Shown one piece after another: positions 28,070 to 38,131 of a stretch of DNA of 64,000 nucleotides. Both the position numbers and the translations under genes were made by a program. The first letter of the stretch is position 1, and each line of letters begins with the position of its first letter. The DNA comes from Terracidiphilus sp. Its GTDB lineage: Bacteria; Acidobacteriota; Terriglobia; Terriglobales; Acidobacteriaceae. The stretch spans positions 31,600 to 95,599 of the forward strand of contig JBEKWJ010000028.1 in the NCBI GenBank assembly GCA_049513195.1, written 5' to 3'. The notes beneath the pieces were generated by a model. It saw nothing but the letters and a program-made list of their open reading frames with translations, made no database searches and was not told where the DNA came from.

Positions 28070-28495
28070 TTAAAGCCGGTCTTTCGATGTGAGCAATCCA
28101 ACGTGGTCCACACCCGCGCCTTTTCCTATATCCATGACCTTTGCAACGATTGAGAAATCGAGCTTGTCATCCGCTTTGATGAACATTGCCCTGTTCGCCC
28201 GAAGCGAAAAGATGGCGTTCAAGCGGCTACCAAGGTCATTGATACTCACATCATCTTGATTGATCTTGTAGCTCACCATTCCATCGCGGGCATTGATAAT
28301 CTGCACCACTATGGCAGTGTCGGGACTCTGAGCCGATTTCTCTGACCTCTTTGGCAGCGCCGCGTCGAGGCCGTGAGGCATCGCCGGCACGATAACCATG
28401 AAGATGATCAGCAGGACCAACAGAACGTCGATCATCGGAGTCACATTGATTTCGCCACACAGTTGACCTGGAGCTTGACCATTCTCGGTTGTCAT
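28070..28495 (-). CDS. exbD: ExbD/TolR biopolymer transport protein (orphan)
   Basis: EINVTPMIDVLLVLLIIFMV with conserved TM Asp; FIKADDKL; GAGGAGG RBS. Confidence 0.9.
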   Translation of the reverse strand: MTTENGQAPGQLCGEINVTPMIDVLLVLLIIFMVIVPAMPHGLDAALPKRSEKSAQSPDTAIVVQIINARDGMVSYKINQDDVSINDLGSRLNAIFSLRANRAMFIKADDKLDFSIVAKVMDIGKGAGVDHVGLLTSKDRL

Positions 28496-28631
28496 AGGAC
28501 AATTTCCTCCTCGCCCATTGGATCTCAAAGAAGCCTTTGAAAAACTCGCCGCATCAGAAACTGAAACTTCTGATGATTTAGACACCGCAGCAAGCCAAAG
28601 AGTTCCCGATGAGACCTTTCAAAATGTCAGG

Positions 28632-30020
28632 TTATTTTCCGATGCAAAAGGTCGAAAAAATCAAATTTAAAATATCGTCAGAAGTGGTCTGCCCGGTCAG
28701 CGAGTCCAGGGCCCCCAGCGCGCCATAAAGGTCCAGCAGAATCATCTCGTGGGGAACAGCGCTTGCGTTTGCTCGCCCGGCATCAGTCAATGCCGTGAGA
28801 GCCGCAGCGACCGCCTGTTGGTGGCGCAGGCTGGTGAGCATTCCCGGCTCGGCGGCAGCCCCGCCCGTGGCTAGAGCCAGAAGGCGTTCGCGCAGCTCGG
28901 GTATGCCCTGCCCGGTCAGCGCCGAAGTTGCCAGCGCGGGCACTGCGCCGCAATCAGGCAGCGGTCGCCCAGATTTGTTCAGCTCGCCCACCAGGTCGCT
29001 CTTGTTCACGGCCACTAGTGCGGAACGGCCTTCGACCGCCGCCAGTAGTCGGTGCTCCTCATCGTTAAGCGGCTCGGTTGCGTCCAGCACAATTACCACC
29101 AGCGCGGCGTCGGCCAATGCCTCGCGGCTGCGACGAATCCCCAACTGCTCCGCCTCCTCCAAGCCGTCGCGCAACCCAGCCGTATCCACCAGTTCCAGCG
29201 GAATTCCATCGAGAGATATCCGCTCGGTGACGGTGTCGCGGGTGGTTCCTGGAGTCGCGGTCACAATGGCGCGGTCGCGCTCTGCGAGCCGGTTGAAGAG
29301 TGAGCTTTTTCCAACATTGGGCCGTCCCACAATGGCCAGCGTCAATCCGTCGTGGATGATGCGCCCGCGGGCAAAGGAAGCCTCGAGCGCGCTCAGCAGC
29401 GGCGTCAATTCGCCGATGCGGCGTGCGATCTCGGACCTTGGCGTCACATCCACGTCGTCCTCGGCAAAATCGATGCCGGCTTCGAGCAATGCAATCAGCT
29501 CGACGAGTGCCAGCTTCACCGGTGCGACACGCCGGCTCAGCGCCCCGCCCATCTGGCTGGCGGCCTGGCGCGCCTGGGTCAGCGTCTGCGCATCGATCAA
29601 ATCGCGGACGGCTTCGGCCTGGGTCAGATCGAGCCGCCCCGCCAGAAAAGCGCGCTGTGTGAACTCGCCCGGCTCGGCCAGCCGCGCGCCCAGCTTCAGA
29701 GCGCGGCGCAACAGCAACTCCAGCACCACCGGCGAGCCATGCGCGGCAATCTCCACCAGGTCTTCGGCGGTGTAGGAATGGGGCGCGGAGAACAAAGTGA
29801 CCAGAGCCTCATCGATGCAGGGCGTATCCGCGGCTGAGCCTTCATCCAGCACCTCGGCCAGCCGCGCCCGCGCGTGCTCCAGCGGTTGGCGCAAACGCAC
29901 CAGTTGCGCGGTAATGGTGGCGGCCTCGGGCCCACTGAGCCGCACAATTCCAATACCCCCGCGACCGGGCGGCGTTGAGATGGCAGCGATGGTTTCCGTC
30001 ATTGTCTCCGAGACAGACAT
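28632..30020 (-). CDS. mnmE: tRNA modification GTPase MnmE (TrmE)
   Basis: [44 protein letters not shown]-terminal FCIGK. Confidence 0.97.
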   Translation of the reverse strand: MSVSETMTETIAAISTPPGRGGIGIVRLSGPEAATITAQLVRLRQPLEHARARLAEVLDEGSAADTPCIDEALVTLFSAPHSYTAEDLVEIAAHGSPVVLELLLRRALKLGARLAEPGEFTQRAFLAGRLDLTQAEAVRDLIDAQTLTQARQAASQMGGALSRRVAPVKLALVELIALLEAGIDFAEDDVDVTPRSEIARRIGELTPLLSALEASFARGRIIHDGLTLAIVGRPNVGKSSLFNRLAERDRAIVTATPGTTRDTVTERISLDGIPLELVDTAGLRDGLEEAEQLGIRRSREALADAALVVIVLDATEPLNDEEHRLLAAVEGRSALVAVNKSDLVGELNKSGRPLPDCGAVPALATSALTGQGIPELRERLLALATGGAAAEPGMLTSLRHQQAVAAALTALTDAGRANASAVPHEMILLDLYGALGALDSLTGQTTSDDILNLIFSTFCIGK

Positions 30021-30281
30021 AAGCTGAACTTAGTGTAGAGGCTGAGCCGCATGAAGCAGTACATTTTCACCGTTGGAGAATTATGAGAGTTATGGAATTC
30101 CAATGAGGAGGGAAACGCATTCACTTTTTGTCCCGAAGAAGACGGCTTCTTGTAATGCTTCCGGGTATTGTCGCCGATACAATCCCCAAGAGCAGAGCCA
30201 TTCTGCCGCTCCCCTCAGGCTTTAGAGCCCCAGAGTCCGAAGGGATGGCGTGGTCATGTAGAGAAAGAGGGAAGACGCGGG

Positions 30282-32771
30282 ATGCTCAATCATGCTAAAG
30301 CCGATCTGCTGGCCTTGATCGAGAGCACTGAAGACTTGTGGGGTTCCGTGGATCTGAATCACCGCTTGCTGGTCTTCAACAAGAACTTCGAGCGCTATAT
30401 TCAACGCAGTTTTGGCGTCCAGGTTGCCGTAGGCATGAGCCCAACGGACATTCTTCCGCCGGATCGTGCGCCCCTCTGGCCGCCGCTGTTTGACCGGGCA
30501 ATCAGCGACGGTACATTTCGCATCGAGCGGAAGTTAGTGAATGGCCGCACTCTGGAGATAGTCTTTCATCCCATCGTCGTGAATGGAAAGACCACGGGCG
30601 TTGCCATCTACGGCAGGGACATCACTGATCGCAAGCAGGCAGAGGACAGTCTAACCACCGCTACCAAGGCCCTGCAAGACAGCGAATTGCGCTACCGCAC
30701 TGCATTCCACACAAGTATCGACGCCTTTTCCATCAGCCGCGTCGAAGATGGAAAGTACTTCGATATCAATCAGGCATTCACCGAAAGCCTGGGATACACG
30801 CGCGAGGACGTCATCGGACGAACCGCTCTGGAACTTGGTATCTGGGTCGACCTTCACGATCGTGAAGAGATGATCCGTCGTCTCACCAAAGATTCCTTCT
30901 GCCGGAATCTGGAGGCGCAGTTCAGAGCAAAGGGTGGACAGACACACTGGGGCATGGTTTCCTCATCGTTGATCGATGTCGACGGCCAATCCTGCCACCT
31001 TGCGCAGGTCAGGGACATCTCGGAAGCGAAAGCCGCCCAGGAATGCATGTCGGCGGCCGCAGAGGCGTTGCGGGTAAGTGAAGAGCGCTATCGTACCGCA
31101 TTTGAGACCAGCCTTGACGGCATCGCACTTACCCACCTCGAGGACGGACTATTTGTCGATGTTAATCCGGCTTTCCTGCGCATCTTTGGATACGATCGGG
31201 ACGAAGTTGTTTTGCGGACCCCCACAGAACTCAGCCTCTGGGCCGATTCCAACGACAGGCTGAAAATGCTCGAAGTGTTGCGCGATGCATCCATCTGCCA
31301 CAATACGGAAGTTCAGCTTCTAAGAAAGAATGGGCAAAAGTTCTGGGTGCAGTTGTCGGCCTCGAAGATCGATCTGGAAGGCATTCCCAGCATATTGGTC
31401 GTGATTCGGGATAACTCTGAAGTTAGGGCGGCAGAGCAGAAGATCGAAGATCTGGCCTTCTTTGACCCGCTCACCCGCCTCCCCAACCGGCGTCAACTGC
31501 TGGACCGGTTGCGCTATACATTGGCTGCCAATCGCGGCAATCGCAATCTGGCGCTGTTACTGATCGACATCGACAACTTCAAGATGTTGAACGACACTCT
31601 GGGCCATCAGTCCGGCGATTTGCTGCTTCAAGAAGTTGCGAAGCGAATCACTGCCAGCGTCCGAGAGACAGATTTTGTGGCGCGGCTGGGAGGAGATGAG
31701 TTTATTGTGCTGCTGGAAGAACTCGGCGATGCACTCGATCATGCGGCGGAACAGGCAAAAACCGTCGGTGAGAAACTTTTGGCGATCATTGCCCAGCCCT
31801 ATCTGCTCGATGGCCGCGAATGTCTCGGCACCGCCAGCATCGGGATCACCGTTTGTGAAGATCGTCGGGAAGAGACAAGTGAAGTTTTGCAGCAAGCCGA
31901 TATTGCCATGGACCTGGCCAAGACCGCGGGCCGCAACACGCTGCGCTTCTTCTCCCCAGCCCTGCGCGCTGCCGTCTCTGCCCGGGCCGCGCTCGAGGAG
32001 GATCTCCGCCAGGCCATTAGCTGCAATCAGTTCCTGCTCTACTATCAGCCCCAAGTTAGCCGCGGCAAAGTGATTGGCGCTGAAGCCCTGATCCGCTGGA
32101 AACATCCCAAGCGCGGTATTGTGCCGCCCAACGACTTTATTCCTCTGGCTGAGGAGACGGGCCTGATCCTGCCCATGGGAGACTGGGTGCTCGAGACAGC
32201 CTGCGAGCAGATTGCCACGTGGGCAAGAACAAAGGAAACCGCCCATCTGGCGATTGCCGTCAATATCAGCGCCCGTCAGTTCCGTCAGCAGAATTTTGAG
32301 CACAGTGTGCTGGCCGCGCTAAAGCGCTCTGGCGCTGATCCTAGAAACCTCAAGTTGGAACTTACTGAGAGCATGCTGGTCGATAACATCGAAGAAGTCA
32401 TCGCCAAGATGACCGCCCTGCGATCCCATGAGATCGGATTCGCCCTCGACGATTTTGGAACTGGCTATTCGTCGCTTTCCTACCTGAAGCGCCTGCCGCT
32501 CGATCAACTGAAGATTGATCGCTCCTTCATCCGCGACATTTTGACCGATGCGTCCAGCGGCGCCATCGCGGAGGCCGTCATTTCGTTGGGCAAGGCCATG
32601 CGAATGCCGGTCATCGCCGAAGGGGTCGAGTCCGAGGAGCAGAGAGTTTTTTTGGCGCGCCTCGGCTGCCACTCGTTCCAGGGTTATTTGACCAGCCGGC
32701 CGCTGCCTCTCGATGATTTTGAAAGACTGATTCAGGCTCTGGCACAAATCGCCGTACCCTATCTCGATTAG
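30282..32771 (+). CDS. PAS x3 - GGDEF - EAL c-di-GMP cyclase/phosphodiesterase (ORF from 30168)
   Basis: Three PAS/PAC repeats; RxxD I-site (RETD) and GGDEF; EAL, ELTE, DDFGTGYSSL, KIDRSF, AEGVE. Confidence 0.93.
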   Translation: MLNHAKADLLALIESTEDLWGSVDLNHRLLVFNKNFERYIQRSFGVQVAVGMSPTDILPPDRAPLWPPLFDRAISDGTFRIERKLVNGRTLEIVFHPIVVNGKTTGVAIYGRDITDRKQAEDSLTTATKALQDSELRYRTAFHTSIDAFSISRVEDGKYFDINQAFTESLGYTREDVIGRTALELGIWVDLHDREEMIRRLTKDSFCRNLEAQFRAKGGQTHWGMVSSSLIDVDGQSCHLAQVRDISEAKAAQECMSAAAEALRVSEERYRTAFETSLDGIALTHLEDGLFVDVNPAFLRIFGYDRDEVVLRTPTELSLWADSNDRLKMLEVLRDASICHNTEVQLLRKNGQKFWVQLSASKIDLEGIPSILVVIRDNSEVRAAEQKIEDLAFFDPLTRLPNRRQLLDRLRYTLAANRGNRNLALLLIDIDNFKMLNDTLGHQSGDLLLQEVAKRITASVRETDFVARLGGDEFIVLLEELGDALDHAAEQAKTVGEKLLAIIAQPYLLDGRECLGTASIGITVCEDRREETSEVLQQADIAMDLAKTAGRNTLRFFSPALRAAVSARAALEEDLRQAISCNQFLLYYQPQVSRGKVIGAEALIRWKHPKRGIVPPNDFIPLAEETGLILPMGDWVLETACEQIATWARTKETAHLAIAVNISARQFRQQNFEHSVLAALKRSGADPRNLKLELTESMLVDNIEEVIAKMTALRSHEIGFALDDFGTGYSSLSYLKRLPLDQLKIDRSFIRDILTDASSGAIAEAVISLGKAMRMPVIAEGVESEEQRVFLARLGCHSFQGYLTSRPLPLDDFERLIQALAQIAVPYLD

Positions 32772-32793
32772 GAGATTCGCGATCCCTGTTTCA

Positions 32794-33465
32794 TCAGTCC
32801 ATTGCCAAGCTCAAATGGTGGCGCACGTCCGCGCCCCGAATCCAGAAGATGACGTCGGTGGCGACATTTGAGGCATGATCGGCGATTCGCTCCAAATGTT
32901 TTGCCACCAAAATTCCGCTGATCGCCTGCTGGGTAAAGCTGGGCTGCTCCTGGATAAACTGAAGCAGGTCGGTGTGGGCGCGGCGGTTCATGCGGTCGAT
33001 CTCGTCGTCCATCTCGCGCACTGAATCCGCCAGTCGCGCGTCTCCCTCCAGCAAAGCCTGCAGGGCCGAGCGAATCATGCGGCCGGCAAACTCGCCCATC
33101 GCCGCAAAATCCACCGGCAGATCGACCTCCTCATGCTTCATGGCCTCTTTGGTGCGGCGTGCAATTCCCATTGATTGATCGCCAATCCGCTCCAGATCGC
33201 CGTTGATCTTGATGACCGCCAAAATGAAGCGCAGATCGACGGCCATCGGCTGCTCCTTGGCCAGCAGTTCATAAGCCATCTCGTCCAACTCGCGCTGCGC
33301 CGTATCGATGGCCCTCTCATTCTGCTTGACGTACTTGCACAGACCCCGATCATGTTGCAGGTATGCGTCGACCGAAGACTCGACCGCCTGCTGCGACAGG
33401 GCCGCCATGGCAAGCAGCTTGTCCTTCAGTTCGGCCAGTTGCAGATGAAAATGAATGCGCGGCAA
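32794..33465 (-). CDS. phoU: Phosphate signalling protein PhoU (orphan)
   Basis: QPMAVDLR, GDLERIGD, KHLERIADHASNVA. Confidence 0.93.
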   Translation of the reverse strand: MPRIHFHLQLAELKDKLLAMAALSQQAVESSVDAYLQHDRGLCKYVKQNERAIDTAQRELDEMAYELLAKEQPMAVDLRFILAVIKINGDLERIGDQSMGIARRTKEAMKHEEVDLPVDFAAMGEFAGRMIRSALQALLEGDARLADSVREMDDEIDRMNRRAHTDLLQFIQEQPSFTQQAISGILVAKHLERIADHASNVATDVIFWIRGADVRHHLSLAMD

Positions 33466-33593
33466 GACAGTTCTCCTTCTATCGATTGTGCACCAAGCAA
33501 TGTTAACAGCAGACGAATTTCCGCAAAAGGACCAAAATTGTCACGTCCGGCGGCGGAATGTTCCAGAGCATTTCCATGGATAGAGAAAGGTCT

Positions 33594-33640
33594 GGGTGCC
33601 CCACCCTTGCCGCGTTTTTGTTTTTGCGGCTAGGGTCGGA
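33594..33640 (+). repeat. GTGCCCC-footed REP-like palindrome
   Basis: GGGTGCCCCACCCTTGCCGC-GTTTTTGTTTTT-GCGGCTAGGGTCGGA; same arms and loop as the outer element at 45270. Confidence 0.75.
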
Positions 33641-33687
33641 TATTACCATGCATTACAGGAATTGTGAAAATGCTTTAGCCTAACACC

Positions 33688-34341
33688 ATGGACCTCACAA
33701 AGTTTTCGCCCGCCGCCACGCTCGCCTTCAACCCCGCCGAGTGCGAGGCCCAGCAGATTTACAAACTTATGACCGGCATCATTGTGCCTCGGCCCGTAGC
33801 GCTGGTCTCGACGATAAGCCGCGACGGCGTGGCCAACCTCGCCCCCTTCAGCTTCTTCAGTGGTGTAGGCGCGGTCCCGCCGACGGTGCTCTTCTGCCCA
33901 GCGCTGCGCCCGGTCGGTTCTCCAGAGGCCGGCGAGCGCAAAGACACGCTGCGCAATGTCGAAGAGACCGGCGAGTTCGTCATCAATGTGGTGAGCGACG
34001 CCATAGCCGTAGCGGCCAACGCCTCTTCAGCTGAAGTGGCTTTTGGCGTGGATGAGTTCGTGCTCTCCGGGCTGACAACCATGGCCAGTGAAGTCGTGCG
34101 CCCTCCGCGCGTAGCTGAGTCGCCGGCGCAGATGGAGTGCAAACTCCTGCAAGTGATCTACACCGGCCGCGAAGCACGCAGCGGCGTCATCGTGCTGGGC
34201 GAGGTGGTTCGCTTTCATCTGCGCGAAGAGTTAATCGATGACTTTCGCATCGATCCCGCAGGCCTGGATGCGGTAGGCCGCATGGCCGGCAACACCTGGG
34301 TCCGCACGCGAGAGCGCATGGAACTTGTGCGGCCGAAGTGA
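33688..34341 (+). CDS. Flavin reductase-like (DIM6/NTAB) protein
   Basis: IVPRPVALVST, NLAPFSFF, KDTLRNVEETGEFVINVV, VGRMAGN. Confidence 0.9.
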   Translation: MDLTKFSPAATLAFNPAECEAQQIYKLMTGIIVPRPVALVSTISRDGVANLAPFSFFSGVGAVPPTVLFCPALRPVGSPEAGERKDTLRNVEETGEFVINVVSDAIAVAANASSAEVAFGVDEFVLSGLTTMASEVVRPPRVAESPAQMECKLLQVIYTGREARSGVIVLGEVVRFHLREELIDDFRIDPAGLDAVGRMAGNTWVRTRERMELVRPK

Positions 34342-34457
34342 GGGGATTATGCGCTATTTTCCCGATGAATCCGTTGAATTCCTGTACGATCCGCATCGGA
34401 TGGTTGCACAAGAACCATCCATTCACCAAGGGTTGTGTCGATTTGGGGTTTGTGGTA

Positions 34458-34490
34458 TCCCAGGTCCCAAAATCCGGACTCGGGGCGCCC
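34458..34490 (-). repeat. REP-like palindrome (ATTTT-loop subfamily)
   Basis: Minus strand GGGCGCCCCGAGTCCGGATTTTGGGACCTGGGA, related to 61361-61394. Confidence 0.6.
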
Positions 34491-34518
34491 AGCCGTCCGA
34501 ATTGAGGCCAAAGGCAGA

Positions 34519-34537
34519 TGGCCCCACCGCAGGTGGT
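34519..34537. repeat. 19-bp motif TGGCCCCACCGCAGGTGGT, identical to 51358-51376
   Basis: Exact match to the right boundary of the RAYT cassette; abuts the MFS stop codon. Confidence 0.75.
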
Positions 34538-35784
34538 CACGAAGCCGTCATCTCCCGCCCCTTGGCTTCCTTGCCCAGCGACGCCAGCCCCGCCAGCGTC
34601 AGCGCCACCACAATCACCGTAATCGCCAGCACACCCGGATAGTTCCCCGTGCGCTCGGCCATCAGTGCCTGCGCTTTTCCATTCCATGAAGTGATCAGGC
34701 CGCCTAACTGGTAAGCCAATCCCGGAGCCGTTGCTCTGACCGGTGCCGGCGATAACTCGGTGAGATAGGCCGGCACCACGCCCCATGCTCCCTGCACCAT
34801 GAATTGCATTAGTACCGCGCCCGCGCCCAGCATGACTGCCGAGTGTCCATACGCATAAAGCGGAATCACAGGAATTGCCAACAGCGCGGCGGTGACGATG
34901 GCCCGCTTGCGACCCCACTTCTCCGACAACGCGCCAAAGACAAAGCCGCCCGCAATCGATCCCAATCCGTACAGCACGCCGATGAGTCCGACGACTTGAG
35001 GTGTGAGCCTGGCCTGTGTCGAGAGAAAGGTCGGATACACATCCTGCGTGCCGTGCGAAAAACTCATGAACGCAGTCATCAACAGTATCAAAAAAAGAAA
35101 CGTCGGAAGAAATGCCCACAGACGGTCCAGGTCCCCAGACTTTGCGTTCTGATCATCCACAGCAGAGCGCGTAAGCCGTCGCTTCTTCCCTTCCAGCCAG
35201 ACGGGAGATTCAGCCACCCTCGCCTGCACATAAAAAACCAGCAAAGCCGGAGCGGAACCCAGCATGAATAGCCCTCGCCAACCGATCCAGTGAAAGAAGA
35301 GTGCGAAAGCGCCTGCAGCCAGGATCGAGCCCAGCGCGTAGCCCTCTTGCAGGATGCCGCTGAATGCGCCGCGCCCTTCTTTAGGCAGCGTCTCAAAGGC
35401 CAGCGCCGCGCCCACGCCCCACTCCCCGCCCATCGCCAGACCAAACAACGCGCGCAACACCAGTAGCGCGCCCAGCGAGGGCGCAAAGGCGCAGGCCAGT
35501 TCAATTACCGAGAAGCTGAAAATGTTGACCATCAACACCGGGCGCCGCCCATAGCGGTCGGCCAGCATGCCAAAAAGCACAGCGCCCACCGGCCTGAAGG
35601 CTTGCGTCATAAAGACCGCCCCCAGTACCGCCGACGGCTGGGAGTGAAAGTCGGCGGCGATGGCTTTTACGCAGAAAATCAATAGAAAAAAGTCGAGCGA
35701 ATCCATCGTCCAGCCCAGAAAGGCAGCCAGAAATGTGTGCCGCTGGGGCCGTGTGAGCCGCCGGAAGTTGTCCAGAATAGACAT
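34537..35784 (-). CDS. MFS transporter (SHS/Jen1-NanT-like; ORF extends to 35946)
   Basis: FLGWTMDSLDF, RPVGAVLFGMLADRYGRRP, GLAMGGEWG, HGTQDVYPTFL, QGAWGVVPAYLTEL. Confidence 0.9.
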   Translation of the reverse strand: MSILDNFRRLTRPQRHTFLAAFLGWTMDSLDFFLLIFCVKAIAADFHSQPSAVLGAVFMTQAFRPVGAVLFGMLADRYGRRPVLMVNIFSFSVIELACAFAPSLGALLVLRALFGLAMGGEWGVGAALAFETLPKEGRGAFSGILQEGYALGSILAAGAFALFFHWIGWRGLFMLGSAPALLVFYVQARVAESPVWLEGKKRRLTRSAVDDQNAKSGDLDRLWAFLPTFLFLILLMTAFMSFSHGTQDVYPTFLSTQARLTPQVVGLIGVLYGLGSIAGGFVFGALSEKWGRKRAIVTAALLAIPVIPLYAYGHSAVMLGAGAVLMQFMVQGAWGVVPAYLTELSPAPVRATAPGLAYQLGGLITSWNGKAQALMAERTGNYPGVLAITVIVVALTLAGLASLGKEAKGREMTAS

Positions 35785-35860
35785 AGACGGCAGCATAACA
35801 GGCAAGAGCGAGCAGAACCTATATCTTCTTTTCGATGTTGGTCTAAAAGGAACAGAAAAC

Positions 35861-35876
35861 ATTTGTTGCAACAAAT
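35861..35876. promoter_or_regulatory. Perfect 16-bp palindrome in the divergent MFS/yceI promoter (candidate MarR operator)
   Basis: ATTTGTTGCAACAAAT. Confidence 0.55.
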
Positions 35877-36015
35877 AACAATCGATGAGCATCGAAGTTG
35901 CACAAGAAGATTTCGCGCGAAAAGCAGTCCCGGTTTCCGCACGCATTCAGCAAGAGCGCTTGTCTCTTCTCAACATCAAGCGGCCTCACGGCCGGCACCG
36001 AAAGGGATTTTGACC

Positions 36016-36594
36016 ATGAAACGTTTAGCAATTGTAACTGGCATTCTGGCGCTGGCTGTTCCTATGGCCATGGCGCAAACCTCAGCCTGGGCCACCGATC
36101 CGGCCCACAGCGAAGTCGATTTTGTCGTGCGCCACGGCGGCGTCTCCAACGTGCATGGCCGCTTTGGCGGCGTCAAAGGAACACTTGTCTACAACGAGGC
36201 GGACATCACCAAATCCACCGTCACAGTCACCATTGACACCGCGACTCTCGACACCGGCGAATCAGCCCGCGACACGCACCTCAAGACCGACGCATTCTTT
36301 GACGTAGTCAAATTCCCCACAGCGGCCTTTACCAGCTCCGGCATAGCAAAGAACGGCACCAAGTTGACGGTGAACGGCAACCTCACCCTGCACGGCGTCA
36401 CACTGCCGGTCGTGCTCGATGTGGAAGGCCCCAGCACTCCGGTTGAAGGCATGGTTGATCACAAACCGCACTCTGGTTTCTCAGCCACCACCACCATCAG
36501 CCGCAAAGCATTCGGTATCGGGTCCAACTTCCCAGCGATCCTGATTGGCGACGAAGTCAAGCTGACCATCGAGGTCGAAATCGTCAAGCAGTAA
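36016..36594 (+). CDS. YceI-family periplasmic protein
   Basis: Signal peptide; DPAHSEVDFVVRHGGVSNVHGRF, RDTHLK, GNLTLHGVT, IGDEVKLTIEVE. Confidence 0.92.
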   Translation: MKRLAIVTGILALAVPMAMAQTSAWATDPAHSEVDFVVRHGGVSNVHGRFGGVKGTLVYNEADITKSTVTVTIDTATLDTGESARDTHLKTDAFFDVVKFPTAAFTSSGIAKNGTKLTVNGNLTLHGVTLPVVLDVEGPSTPVEGMVDHKPHSGFSATTTISRKAFGIGSNFPAILIGDEVKLTIEVEIVKQ

Positions 36595-36673
36595 CGGAGG
36601 AGTGTAACCTGAACAAGGGCGTCGCATTTCGGCGTGCTGCAAAATCTGTGCGCGATAGGGAGCCGCGGCGGCA

Positions 36674-37594
36674 ATGAAACTACGGGACGTTGGGAAGCGA
36701 TGGGACGAGGTAAAGGGCAAGCTGGCGGAACATCATGGTTTACAACGTTGGCTTGCTCGCAAAGTTCTTCCCTTCACGCAACCGCTGGGGTTTAGCGTCA
36801 TCGGCGATCATTTTTACGAGCCGATTCCCAACATCAGGTACATTCAAGTACACTACCAGGACGCGCCCAGAGAACTACCTGGCTTTCATGCAACCCCGTC
36901 TTGGGCTGAAAACGCTGAGAAGATTGTTGAGCCCTATATCGCGGAATATCTCTCCAGCCCCGTTTTTGAAAAATACCGACGGAGGAACTGGTTCTACACG
37001 GGATGGGACGCAGCTTACTATTACTGTCTCATCCGGTCTAGAAAACCGAAATCGATCACCGAGGTAGGCCGTGGTATCTCAACCTGGATTGCAGGAGCAG
37101 CCCTCGACCGCAATGCCGCCGACGGCTACCCCGGCGAGATCGTATCCATCGATCCATATTTTCGCGGCGATGACTCCACTGCCCGCATGCGCATCCTCAC
37201 GAAGGAGCTCCAGCAGATACCAACCACGGAACGCGAAGCCCTGCTGCGTGCGGATATTCTTTTCGTCGACTCCAGCCATATCATCAAGTGGGGCAGCGAC
37301 GTTCTTCAATTGTTCGAGTCCTGGATTCCAAATGTTGCGGTAAACACCCTGGTGCATATCCACGACATCTGCACGCCCTACGACTACCCCCGGCAGTGGT
37401 TGGTGAATGACAAGCGATTCTGGAACGAACAATATTATTTCGAATCGTTCATCGCATTCAATCATGCTTTTCAGATCGAATGTCCACTCTTTTATCTGGC
37501 CAGAACGGGAAGTTTGAAGCAGCTTGCCGGGCGCCTCAATGCTCCTCAACTGGCAGATGCCTCTGGGTTGGCCATGTGGCTCACTCGAGTTTAA
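36674..37594 (+). CDS. Class I SAM-dependent methyltransferase (Methyltransf_24-like)
   Basis: ITEVGRGIST, SIDPY, LFVDSSH, VHIHDI, WNEQY. Confidence 0.8.
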   Translation: MKLRDVGKRWDEVKGKLAEHHGLQRWLARKVLPFTQPLGFSVIGDHFYEPIPNIRYIQVHYQDAPRELPGFHATPSWAENAEKIVEPYIAEYLSSPVFEKYRRRNWFYTGWDAAYYYCLIRSRKPKSITEVGRGISTWIAGAALDRNAADGYPGEIVSIDPYFRGDDSTARMRILTKELQQIPTTEREALLRADILFVDSSHIIKWGSDVLQLFESWIPNVAVNTLVHIHDICTPYDYPRQWLVNDKRFWNEQYYFESFIAFNHAFQIECPLFYLARTGSLKQLAGRLNAPQLADASGLAMWLTRV

Positions 37595-37624
37595 CTCGGC
37601 AAACAGTCGCGGAGAGGCCGTTCC

Positions 37625-38122
37625 ATGGCAGGATTGAAGCTTGAAATCGTGCAGGAACATCCCTTCGCAAGCCTCGAAGAAGAAGCTCTGCTTGGCTTGC
37701 TGCGCACATCCGACAGCCTCAACCGCGCCCTTCAGCTGAAGATCCGCGAATGGGGCGTGAGTTCTACGCAGTATAACGTGCTTAGAATTCTGCGTGGGGC
37801 GCAACCGGAAGGGCTTACCTGTTCGGACATCCGCAGCCGGATGATTACGGCTGAGCCTGACATCACACGTCTGCTGGCGAGACTGAAGGCGCTCAAGCTG
37901 ATCCGTCAGCAGCGCGATATCCATGACCGCCGAGTACTATGGACGCGGATTTCAGCTCCGGGGCTCAAATTGCTGCGTGAGATGGACCCCGTGATTCTTC
38001 GGGCTCCGCGGGAGCTTCTGGCAGGTCTGGACCAGAATGAATTGACGCAGTTGATTCATCTTCTGGAACTGGCGCGGGGGCGCAGTCAGGAAGTACGGTT
38101 GCCGCTTACAAAACGGGCCTGA
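37625..38122 (+). CDS. MarR-family transcriptional regulator
   Basis: TQYNVLRILRGA, PDITRLLARLKALKLIRQQRDIHDRR. Confidence 0.9.
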   Translation: MAGLKLEIVQEHPFASLEEEALLGLLRTSDSLNRALQLKIREWGVSSTQYNVLRILRGAQPEGLTCSDIRSRMITAEPDITRLLARLKALKLIRQQRDIHDRRVLWTRISAPGLKLLREMDPVILRAPRELLAGLDQNELTQLIHLLELARGRSQEVRLPLTKRA

Positions 38123-38131
38123 ACAGCGAAC

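Noticed and set aside
23763-28631. Genomic island integrated at the mnmE 3' end
   Set aside because: mnmE/trmE is a known island hotspot and the block looks accessory, but there is no integrase and I found no duplicated att sequence.
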